DNA from: Deltaproteobacteria bacterium
GTDB lineage: Bacteria; Myxococcota_A; Polyangia; Polyangiales; Houyiibacteriaceae
Reading direction: 5' to 3'
DNA length: 64,000 bases
Assembly: GCA_034670305.1 (NCBI GenBank)
Contig: JAXMNT010000009.1
Span: 1-64,000, forward strand
Positions 56,901 through 64,000 of the stretch are shown here, piece by piece; position 1 is the stretch's first letter, and each line of letters begins with the position of its first letter. A program made the position numbers and the translations under genes. The notes beneath the pieces were generated by a model, which was not told where the DNA came from, searched no databases, and saw nothing but the letters and a program-made list of their open reading frames with translations.

Positions 56901-59900
56901 AGTTGCTCGGCATCCGTCGCCGCGAGCTGGCCCAGACAGAGGACCCGGATCGGCGCATTGCCGCGCGGCTCGAGATCGCGCGCATCGTCACCGAGATCGA
57001 ACAGAACGGGGGCCGGATGGAGGCGCTCCGGGCGAACCTCGAAGACCGCCCCGGTCACGAAGCGAGCCTCGCCGCGCTGGAGTCGCTGCTCGTCGAGCGG
57101 CGCGCCCACGAAGAACTCGCCGGTCTGCTCGAAGCCCAGGCTGCCCGCATCGAGGACCCCGACCGCGCGGGCGGATTGTGGGCCCGCGTCGCCGAGCTCA
57201 GCGAAGGCCCGCTGCAGGACGAGGCCCGTGCGCTCGAAGCCCACCGCAAGGTGGTGGAACACCGTCCGGCCGAGCTCCGATCGCTCGACGCGCTCGCCCG
57301 TACGCTCCGGTCGCGGGGCGAACACGCAGCGGCGGCCCGATGGCTCGAGCGTCGACTCGCGGTGGCGGAGGACGACGAGCGGGCCGACCGTGCCGCCGAG
57401 CTGGCGCAGACGTTGATCCAAGCGGAGCGCGGAGAGCGCGCGTGCGAAGTGCTCGAAGAGACGCTCAGCCGCAGCCCCGACCGGCAGGATCTGCGCGACT
57501 TGCTCGCGGACCAATACCGGGAAGCAGAAGCCTGGGAGCCGCTCGCGCGGGTGTTGACCCAGGCCGCCGAACACGTGACCGACCAAGACCGGGTGCTCGA
57601 GCTCGTGCGCGAAGCCGCCGAGCTTCACGCGGCGCGGCTTGGCCGACCCGCGGATGCGATCCCCGTCTTGCGCAAAGGCATGGAGCTCGCGCCCGACGAT
57701 CGGAGCATCAAACTCCAGCTCGCCGAAGGACTGCGCGAAGCGGAGGCTTACGACGAAGCCCGCGACATCCTCACCGCCGTGCTGGATGGGTTCGGACGGC
57801 GACGGAGCGCGGAGCGCGCCCACGTGCACCATCAGCTCGGCATCGTCGCCCGCGCGCAGGGCGACTTCGACACGGCCCTCGAGCAGCTCGAGCTCGCCAC
57901 CAAGATGGCGATGGCGGAACCGAAGATGCTGCACACGCTTGGCAGGCTCGCCCGCGAAGCGGGGCAGCTCGCTCGGGCGGAGAAGGCCTACCGCGCCCTC
58001 CTGATGATGGTGCGGCGGCAGACCGGACCGGCCGAGGTCGGGACCGCCGAGGTGCTCTACGAACTCTACGCGATCGACAAAGCGCAGGACGGGCGCAGCG
58101 AAGAACAGGTGGACGAGCTGCTCGAATCCGTGCTCGAAGCCGCGGCCCAGTCCGACGACGAGGCGCTCAAGCTTCGTGCGGTGCTCGCCGAACGCGGCGA
58201 ACACGAACTCGCGCTGCAGGTCCTCGAGCGCCGCTCGAACGCGGCGGACTCGGCGCCGAGCCGCGCGGCCATGTTGTCTGCGATGGCGGACACGCTCGAG
58301 ATCCAGGAGCGCAACGAAGAGGCGTTCGAGAAACGACTCGGCGCCCTCGGCAAGGACCCCGCCCGCGCCCAGTACCGAAAGGGCGCGCTTCAGTCGGCCC
58401 GTGCGGTCGGTCGGGTGGACGCCCTCGAACGGCGGCTGCGCGAGTTGCTCGAGTTGCATCAGCGCGACGAAGATGCGCCGCTTCAGGCCGGCCTCTGGCT
58501 GACGCTCGGCGCCATCGCCGAGAACGACCAGAGCGACCCAGCTGCTGCCGCGACCTGCTATGGCAAAGCGGAACCCGAGGCGCCGCTCGAGGCCTGGCAC
58601 GCGCTCGCACGGGTGGGCGCGCAGCTGGCCGACGTGCCGCTGCAGACCCGCGTGCTGCAGTCGCTCGTCGAATCGCCGGAGGTGACCGGCCCCCGCCGGG
58701 CGAACGTGCTCCATCAACTCGCGGGCGTGCTGCTCGCGGGCGCCGACGAGGAGTCCTTCGATGAGGCTGTGGCCATCGCGCGCAAGGCGTTCGATGCGGA
58801 TCCCCGGCACGAACAGATGGGTGCGCTTCTGCATCAAGCGACGACCGAGCGCGCGGACCACGACGAAGCGATGCGGCTCTACGAAGAGATCGCCCGAGAC
58901 AGCGGCGACGACGAGATGTTGCTTCGTTGGCTGGAACGACGCGCCTCGCGTTCGGACGCCGGGTTGAGCGGATTGCGGGAGGCGGCAGAGAAGGCGCGGG
59001 CACTCGGCCTGGCCGAGCGCGCGCAGCCGCTGCTTCTGCGCGCGATCGAAGTGGCCGAAGCCTCGGACGAGGGCATCGTCTCGGCGCGGTGGGCGATGCG
59101 TGGACTCGCCGAACTCCACCGAGACGCGGGCGAAGTGCGCGAGGCGCTCGGCTGGCTCGAACGGGTGGTCGAGACCGCCGAGGACGAAGACGAGCGCCGC
59201 CAGCTCGAGATCGCACTCGCCGAGACCGCCGCACAAGAGGGCGGCGACCTCGAAGTCGCCGACGACGTCTACACGCGGCTGCTTGAGCACGACGTCGCCG
59301 AGGCGAGCCTCTGGCGCCCGCTGCTCGAAGTCCGATCGAAGCGTGGCGACGAAGGACGGCTCTCGGACTTGGTCGTGCAACTCGTCGATGCGTTGCTCGA
59401 CCCGGCGCTGCGCAACGAAGCGCGCCTCGTCAAAGCGCAGTTCTTGATGGCCATCGAAGGCCGCGAGTTCGATGCGGTCGACGTGCTCGAGGCGATCCTC
59501 GAAGAGGACCCCGAACACCACGAGGCCGCCGGTCTGCTCGCCAATCTGTACGAGAAGAGTGGTTACGACGAAGACCTCGTCCAGCTTCTCGAGCGGCAAC
59601 TCGACGTGGCGCGCGACCACGAAGACCTGGACACGATCACCGACCTGAGCCTCCGACTCGGTGAGTTGCTCGAGAAGGTGCGGCGCGACGACGCCGCCGA
59701 CGTGTACCGCCGGGCGCTCGACTGGGTGCCCAAAGAGCGGCGCGTGATCGAAGCGTACCTTGCGCTGCTGGGACCCGAGACTGACCCGCGGGAACGCGCC
59801 GAAGTGCGCGGGCGGCTTCTCGCCGTTTCCGAGGGCGCGGCGGCCAGCACGCTCGCGCGTGAGCTCATGGCCGAGTGGACCGAACTCGACGACCCGGACG

Positions 59901-61480
59901 CGGTGCTTGCGGCCCTTGCCGCGGGCGTGGCCGGCAACCCGGACGACGCGGAGCTGCGGGACGAACTCGAAACCAAGTACCGTGTCGAAGAGCGCTGGGC
60001 GCCCCTCGCCGGGTTCTTGGAAGCGCAGGCCCTGCACCGTGTCGAATCGGAACCGGAGCTCAGCGCCACACGGCTCCGCGAGGCGGCGCATATCCGTCGG
60101 GTGACGCTTCAGGATCCCGCCGGCGCCGTTTTGCTGCTGCAGCGGGCGCGCGAAGCGACCGGCAGCCCCGAGATCCTCGCCGAGCTCGTCGATGCGATGC
60201 GCGAGTCGGGGGATCTCGAAGGCGCGGCGGCGGAGGTGTCGACCGCGCTCGAGGCGCACCTCGCCGCACAAGGCGACGACACCCGCGATGCCCGCTGGGT
60301 CCAGCTCGTGGTGTTGCGGGCGAGGCTCCAGCTCGAGCGCAACGAAGTCGATCAGGCGGTCGCGGACCTCGAGTCCGCGTACCCGATCGACCCGGCCGCG
60401 GTCGCGCCCGATCTCGTCCAGGCGCTCACCCGCGCCCGGTTTGCCTATGGCGAAGCCGGCGACTCGGCCGCCGAACGCACGGTTGTGTTTCGTTTGGTGG
60501 ATGTGCTCGACGCTGCGGGTGCCGCGGACCAAGCCCGCAATGCACTCGCCGATTGGGTGACCGACCACGACGACGACGCAGAGGCGCTGTTTCGACTGCG
60601 CGATGTGGACATCGCGGCGCAGAACTGGCCGGGCGTGGCGGATGCGTGTGCCGCGCTCATCGTGCTGCTCGAGGGCAGCGACCAGGTCGATGCGGCGCTG
60701 CTCATGGCGGACGCGTGCGACGCCTCCGAGGATGCCGATCGAGGGCGCCAGGCGCTCGAGTACGTGTTCCACGTGCAGTCGCGCGACACCCGGCTGCTCG
60801 AGCGGCTCCGAACCCTCTACGAGCAGACCGGAGCCTTCCGCGAACTCGCGGGTCTGTTGTCGCATGAGGCGCAGTCGACCGAGGACAAGGAGCGCGCGTT
60901 CGAGCTGTTCCGCCGCGCGGGTCGGGTGCTCGTCGAGCATGTCGGGGACGCCGAAGCCGCGCTTCCGATGCTGCAGCATGCGGTTCAAGCGAAGCCAGAA
61001 GATCACCGCACCGTGGTGCTTCTGGCCGATGCGTACATCGGCTCGGGTTACTTCGCCGAGTGTGGCCAGCTGCTCGAAGAAGCGATCGGCCGGCAGACCC
61101 GCCGGCGTTCTCCGGAGCTCGGAGAGTTGCAGCACCGCATGGCGCGGCTGGCGCGCGCCGCAGGCGACCGCGACCTGGAGAAGCAGTGGCTCGTTGCCGC
61201 GCTCGAGTCCGACAAGAACAACGGTCATGTCTCTTCCGAACTCGCGATTCTCGCGTGGGAACTCAACGACATGGACACCGCGTTGGCGGCGCTGCGCGCG
61301 GTCACGTTGAGCAAAGTGGACGGGCCCATGAGCCGCGCTCAAGCGTTTCTCATGCAGGCCAAGATCGCGCACCAACGCGGCGAGGCACGGCGTGCGCTCT
61401 TGTGGGCCCGCAAGGCGAAGTCCGAAGACGCGGATCTCACGGAAGCCGACGAGTTCCTCCGCGAGCTCGGCGACACGTAG
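53924..61480 (+). CDS. Giant TPR / alpha-solenoid protein, about 2518 aa
   Basis: Continuous ORF with strong GC3 bias; dozens of TPR-like helical repeats (e.g. ALDSYRRALEAFPEHGEARAGLARL); no signal peptide or TM segment seen. Confidence 0.92.
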   Translation: MMDSEEQETTETGTPVDETFQAAAAQARQDPSDDAAWDALEDFAASSQRPDEVGALYREVLQGPLPDGVAASLSERVVQFHEEWFREDSPQLIEALRCVLRVDEGSADWAFQRLTVLFSVAERWDELLSLYDDEIQSASDPARKVALLEEAAQSAKDFASDPDRAIGYLKQLLVLRPKDKQLVSSLERLLDRQSRFDDLVELWREQLGRRKGGPARTLKLQIARTLASKLGRVGESIEVLEDLLDDPKADTAPILEMLENFSSDESLDADPRRAALTILRARYAEEGRPSQVIATLGTALALAGTDERIALHRDAAERLVQGGDPGAAMEHFGAMIALDAQDESALEGLRAAGMAAGQERRIVDFLVEAADQTEDTALSAPLRLEAAQRLSALGESPAAIPQLSILTAEGMPADVAREAARQLCAELHQAERSEEELAALERLAQLEDSESRRREALGNAARLANALGNTDRALGLWESRLATNANDDEAQSAIIDLLAQEGRFGELMAALRRRIATSTSVWSQRADLVRIARVLAADVDQPADAIATWNEVGSAYGEDAEVSNALIELYERTERFDDMADVIGRAAAREEPHVADLRAREGDLRAQRLGDPSGALDSYRRALEAFPEHGEARAGLARLCDHEDAGIRGRAVRALATSYELTHEWAPLIALLEHRLAVAEDAPTRAKLLRDAATIEERESEAPEPALALFGRALEQQPEDTRLEAEVLRLAESTEAFAVAADAFRAAAAAAAGPRRAHLRSLEAHLRSEKLGDAAGALDAALGALDADPLRESYADHVVALCQTSDARVEDVLRRAALAPNAPPAHMRRLLTVERLAEDADLFATLWAIAGRDVRDLDALHEAALIAPESRSREVWQTLFERASIAWRRGETGSGERTPSESTIAAADALLAQHDAAERAQEAIALLIEMSRLPMSVEDSMARRLQAAERARALGDRAQAIDLYRDALQFGGENADALQGLGDLLAEENRSAELLGIRRRELAQTEDPDRRIAARLEIARIVTEIEQNGGRMEALRANLEDRPGHEASLAALESLLVERRAHEELAGLLEAQAARIEDPDRAGGLWARVAELSEGPLQDEARALEAHRKVVEHRPAELRSLDALARTLRSRGEHAAAARWLERRLAVAEDDERADRAAELAQTLIQAERGERACEVLEETLSRSPDRQDLRDLLADQYREAEAWEPLARVLTQAAEHVTDQDRVLELVREAAELHAARLGRPADAIPVLRKGMELAPDDRSIKLQLAEGLREAEAYDEARDILTAVLDGFGRRRSAERAHVHHQLGIVARAQGDFDTALEQLELATKMAMAEPKMLHTLGRLAREAGQLARAEKAYRALLMMVRRQTGPAEVGTAEVLYELYAIDKAQDGRSEEQVDELLESVLEAAAQSDDEALKLRAVLAERGEHELALQVLERRSNAADSAPSRAAMLSAMADTLEIQERNEEAFEKRLGALGKDPARAQYRKGALQSARAVGRVDALERRLRELLELHQRDEDAPLQAGLWLTLGAIAENDQSDPAAAATCYGKAEPEAPLEAWHALARVGAQLADVPLQTRVLQSLVESPEVTGPRRANVLHQLAGVLLAGADEESFDEAVAIARKAFDADPRHEQMGALLHQATTERADHDEAMRLYEEIARDSGDDEMLLRWLERRASRSDAGLSGLREAAEKARALGLAERAQPLLLRAIEVAEASDEGIVSARWAMRGLAELHRDAGEVREALGWLERVVETAEDEDERRQLEIALAETAAQEGGDLEVADDVYTRLLEHDVAEASLWRPLLEVRSKRGDEGRLSDLVVQLVDALLDPALRNEARLVKAQFLMAIEGREFDAVDVLEAILEEDPEHHEAAGLLANLYEKSGYDEDLVQLLERQLDVARDHEDLDTITDLSLRLGELLEKVRRDDAADVYRRALDWVPKERRVIEAYLALLGPETDPRERAEVRGRLLAVSEGAAASTLARELMAEWTELDDPDAVLAALAAGVAGNPDDAELRDELETKYRVEERWAPLAGFLEAQALHRVESEPELSATRLREAAHIRRVTLQDPAGAVLLLQRAREATGSPEILAELVDAMRESGDLEGAAAEVSTALEAHLAAQGDDTRDARWVQLVVLRARLQLERNEVDQAVADLESAYPIDPAAVAPDLVQALTRARFAYGEAGDSAAERTVVFRLVDVLDAAGAADQARNALADWVTDHDDDAEALFRLRDVDIAAQNWPGVADACAALIVLLEGSDQVDAALLMADACDASEDADRGRQALEYVFHVQSRDTRLLERLRTLYEQTGAFRELAGLLSHEAQSTEDKERAFELFRRAGRVLVEHVGDAEAALPMLQHAVQAKPEDHRTVVLLADAYIGSGYFAECGQLLEEAIGRQTRRRSPELGELQHRMARLARAAGDRDLEKQWLVAALESDKNNGHVSSELAILAWELNDMDTALAALRAVTLSKVDGPMSRAQAFLMQAKIAHQRGEARRALLWARKAKSEDADLTEADEFLRELGDT

Positions 61481-61627
61481 CCCCTCGCCCGTCCGCGGTA
61501 GAACATCGAACCCGCAGCGGCGGAGCGGTGGTCGGCAGCCGGAGCGGTCGCTTCGGGTCTCTGGCCCGTTGGTCGTCCGATTCCTTCCGCGCGGCGGGCC
61601 ACAGCGCTGTGATACCGTCGCCGGTCC

Positions 61628-63136
61628 ATGCCGGGCTTCATTCTCGCGATTGATCAGGGGACCACTGGGTCCACCGCGATGGTGCTCTCCACAGACGCCA
61701 CCGTGCTTGCCAAAGCGAACCGAGAGTTCGCTCAACACTTCCCCCATCCAGGGTGGGTCGAGCACGATCTCGCGCAGATTTGGGAGAGCGTGACCCAGTC
61801 GGTTGGGGAAGCACTCCGGATGGCCAAGGTGGATCCGAAAGATTGCCGGGCCATCGGCATCACGAACCAACGCGAGACCACCGTCGTCTGGCACCGCAGC
61901 ACCGGCGCGCCGATTCATCGCGCCATCGTCTGGCAGGATCGGCGCACGGCGGACCGGTGCACAGCGTTGAAGTCGGACGGCCACGAGGCGATGTTCCGAG
62001 AGCGCACCGGGCTGGTGCTCGACCCCTACTTCAGCGGCACGAAGGTGGCCTGGATCCTGGACCACGTCGACGGCGCGCGGAAGACCGCCGCGGCAGGCGA
62101 GCTGGCGTTCGGCACGATCGATTCGTGGCTGGTCTGGAAACTCTCCGGCGGAGCGGCCCACGTCACCGACGCCACGAACGCGTCGCGTACGTTGATGTAC
62201 GACATCCGAGACGGGTCATGGGACGACGACTTGCTGTCCGCGCTGAACGTTCCGCGGGAGCTCTTGCCTGAGGTGCGCAGCTGCGCCGAGGTGTACGGCG
62301 AGACCCGGGGTGTGCCTGGGCTTCCCGACGGCATCCCCATCGCAGGCATGGCCGGCGACCAGCAGGCCGCGCTCTTCGGTCAGACGTGTTTCGCGGAAGG
62401 CGACGCGAAGTGCACGTACGGCACGGGCGCGTTCTTGCTGATGAACACCGGCGACCGATTCGTGCCCTCGGAGCACGGACTCATCACGACGATCGCTTGG
62501 AGGCTTGGCGACAGGACGACTTACGCGCTCGAAGGCAGCTCCTTCATCGCGGGCGCAGCGGTCCAGTGGCTGCGCGATGGACTGGGCATCATTTCGGACT
62601 CGGCCGACGTCGAGAAGAAAGCACGTGAAGTCGAGTCCGCGGGCGACGTGGTCTTCGTGCCCGCGCTCTCGGGCCTCGGCGCACCACATTGGGATCCGCA
62701 CGCACGCGGACTGATCATGGGCTTGAGCCGAGACACGACCGTGGCCCATCTCTGTCGCGCCTGCCTCGACGGGATCGCGTATCAGATTGTCGATTTGACC
62801 AACGCGATGCAGGCGGATGCCAAAACGACACTCTCGCGGTTGAGGGTCGATGGCGGCGCCGCCAACAACGACCTCTTGATGCAGCGCCAAGCGGACCTAT
62901 GTGCAGTGGCAGTGGACCGTCCCGCCAACGTCGACACGACCGCACTCGGTGCCGCCTACCTGGCGGGACTCGGTGCGGGCATCTTCGAAGATCAAAGCGC
63001 CATCGTGGAAGCGCATCGGGTCGAGCGTACGTTCGATCCCAAGATGGATGAGCCCACCCGAATCCGAGACATGCAACGGTGGCAAGACGCCATCGCCCGC
63101 ACCCGCAGCGACATCCGACAAGGAGCCCCCTCGTGA
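61628..63136 (+). CDS. glpK: Glycerol kinase
   Basis: AIDQGTTGS, GWVEHD, GITNQRET, IVWQDRR, DPYFSGTK, GDQQAALFG, KCTYGTG, ALEGS, VDGG. Confidence 0.98.
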   Translation: MPGFILAIDQGTTGSTAMVLSTDATVLAKANREFAQHFPHPGWVEHDLAQIWESVTQSVGEALRMAKVDPKDCRAIGITNQRETTVVWHRSTGAPIHRAIVWQDRRTADRCTALKSDGHEAMFRERTGLVLDPYFSGTKVAWILDHVDGARKTAAAGELAFGTIDSWLVWKLSGGAAHVTDATNASRTLMYDIRDGSWDDDLLSALNVPRELLPEVRSCAEVYGETRGVPGLPDGIPIAGMAGDQQAALFGQTCFAEGDAKCTYGTGAFLLMNTGDRFVPSEHGLITTIAWRLGDRTTYALEGSSFIAGAAVQWLRDGLGIISDSADVEKKAREVESAGDVVFVPALSGLGAPHWDPHARGLIMGLSRDTTVAHLCRACLDGIAYQIVDLTNAMQADAKTTLSRLRVDGGAANNDLLMQRQADLCAVAVDRPANVDTTALGAAYLAGLGAGIFEDQSAIVEAHRVERTFDPKMDEPTRIRDMQRWQDAIARTRSDIRQGAPS

Positions 63137-63795
63137 GCCAGTCTTCCTTCGAAGTCCCGATCAGCTGGGAAGCCCTGGAGGACGCGTTCGAGAACAACGC
63201 CCCCGAGGTTCATTCGTACCTGCATCTCGAAACCGGTGAAGTGGTCCGCATCGTCGACGGAATCGCCGACCCGGGCATGCACCAGCGCATCATGGGCGAC
63301 AAGACGTACATGCGGATCGATCCGGTGTCGTCGCGTGAGCAGTACCGCTGGATGGAGCGCTTCATCGCGACCGTCGAAGAGTCGGAGCTCAAGGACAAAC
63401 TCACCGAGTCCATCGACGGCAAGGGTGCCTTTCGACGATTCAAGGACGTTCTGCTGTCGTATGCGGTCGACCGCGAGCGCTGGTTCACGTTCCGTTCAGA
63501 GCGCTTGCGCGCGTGTATGGAGGCGTGGCTGACCGCGCACCACATCGTGGTCGTCGAGCGAGAAGCGTGGCCGGTCCCCACCCCCGAAGAGGTGAAGGAG
63601 TCCGTCGAGCCGCGCGGCGATGCACGCGGCGCAGCGGTGGAAGCATCGCGTGCCCGCCTGCACGAGATGGTCGATCGGTTGCCGGCCCGCGAACTGGACG
63701 CTGCGCTCGCCTTCGTCGAGTTCCTCGGCAGCCGCCGCCGCGTGCCGCTCCCACGGGTGCCCCGGCCGGCGAAAGCCAGCGGCGAAGAAGAGTAG
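63133..63795 (+). CDS. UPF0158 family protein
   Basis: AGGAG RBS and GTGA overlap; YLHLETGEV, QYRWMERF, IDGKGAFRRFKDVL, ERWFTF. Confidence 0.88.
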   Translation: MSQSSFEVPISWEALEDAFENNAPEVHSYLHLETGEVVRIVDGIADPGMHQRIMGDKTYMRIDPVSSREQYRWMERFIATVEESELKDKLTESIDGKGAFRRFKDVLLSYAVDRERWFTFRSERLRACMEAWLTAHHIVVVEREAWPVPTPEEVKESVEPRGDARGAAVEASRARLHEMVDRLPARELDAALAFVEFLGSRRRVPLPRVPRPAKASGEEE

Positions 63796-63798
63796 TTG

Positions 63799-64000
63799 GT
63801 GCGCCTCGCCGTCGTCGCGATGTTCGGGGCGCTCTTCGTCCCGAGTGTGGCCGGCGGTCGACTGCACGCCCAGGTACCCACTCAGGTTCGGGGCGATGGC
63901 ATCGTCGCCCTGGTGGGTTCGAACACCCCGCAGCGCGGAACGGTGGTCATTCTCCACAGCGACGTCGAGCTTCGCGCGCGGATCCGTCTCACAGGTCAGA
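63799..64000 (+). CDS. 5' part of a secreted protein with a SurA-N-like start (truncated by the window edge)
   Basis: VRLAVVAMFGALFVPSVAGGRLHA-Q signal peptide, then DGIVALVG...VILHSDVELRARI; frame open to the window end. Confidence 0.55.
   Translation, partial: MRLAVVAMFGALFVPSVAGGRLHAQVPTQVRGDGIVALVGSNTPQRGTVVILHSDVELRARIRLTGQ

Noticed and set aside
56720-62161. 1813-aa antisense ORF and similar long antisense ORFs (44366-47539, 48641-51928, 10477-13293, 14541-17387)
   Set aside because: Stop-poor mirror frames expected opposite high-GC3 genes; no recognisable motifs.

Overview
High-GC (roughly 70% by eye) bacterial DNA. Gene content points to a myxobacterium of the Polyangiales/Sandaracinaceae type (inference from Cys-rich MopE-repeat lipoproteins, a Hanks Ser/Thr kinase with a TPR-PEGA partner, and giant TPR proteins). 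About 40 CDS are supported. Housekeeping genes include engB/yihA, a mepA-like endopeptidase, sixA, rsmC, murJ, a SWIM-SNF2 helicase, an icd-like dehydrogenase, hslO, a pheA fusion, pspA and glpK. No rRNA, tRNA, CRISPR array, transposase, integrase or reverse transcriptase was recognised. Most notable: (1) a 16.5-kb divergent locus (5126-21652) with three translationally coupled ~1350-aa paralogous lipoproteins of identical architecture (6 MopE-type repeats, 9 CGxC repeats, divergent RCC1-like head) facing a Ser/Thr kinase, a TPR-PEGA protein and a fourth MopE lipoprotein; this is a candidate trans-envelope sensing or display system. (2) Degenerate hexamer tracts at eight loci, occupying 5 of 7 convergent gene junctions and twice forming inverted pairs around genes. 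(3) A shared C-G-D-D plus DAG-rich N-terminus on unrelated lipoproteins, a possible export signal. (4) Two apparent pseudoenzyme fusions: PheA with a dead DAH7P synthase barrel, and a dead cyclase plus P-loop protein behind pspA. All family calls are from motif recognition by eye; no database searches were run.
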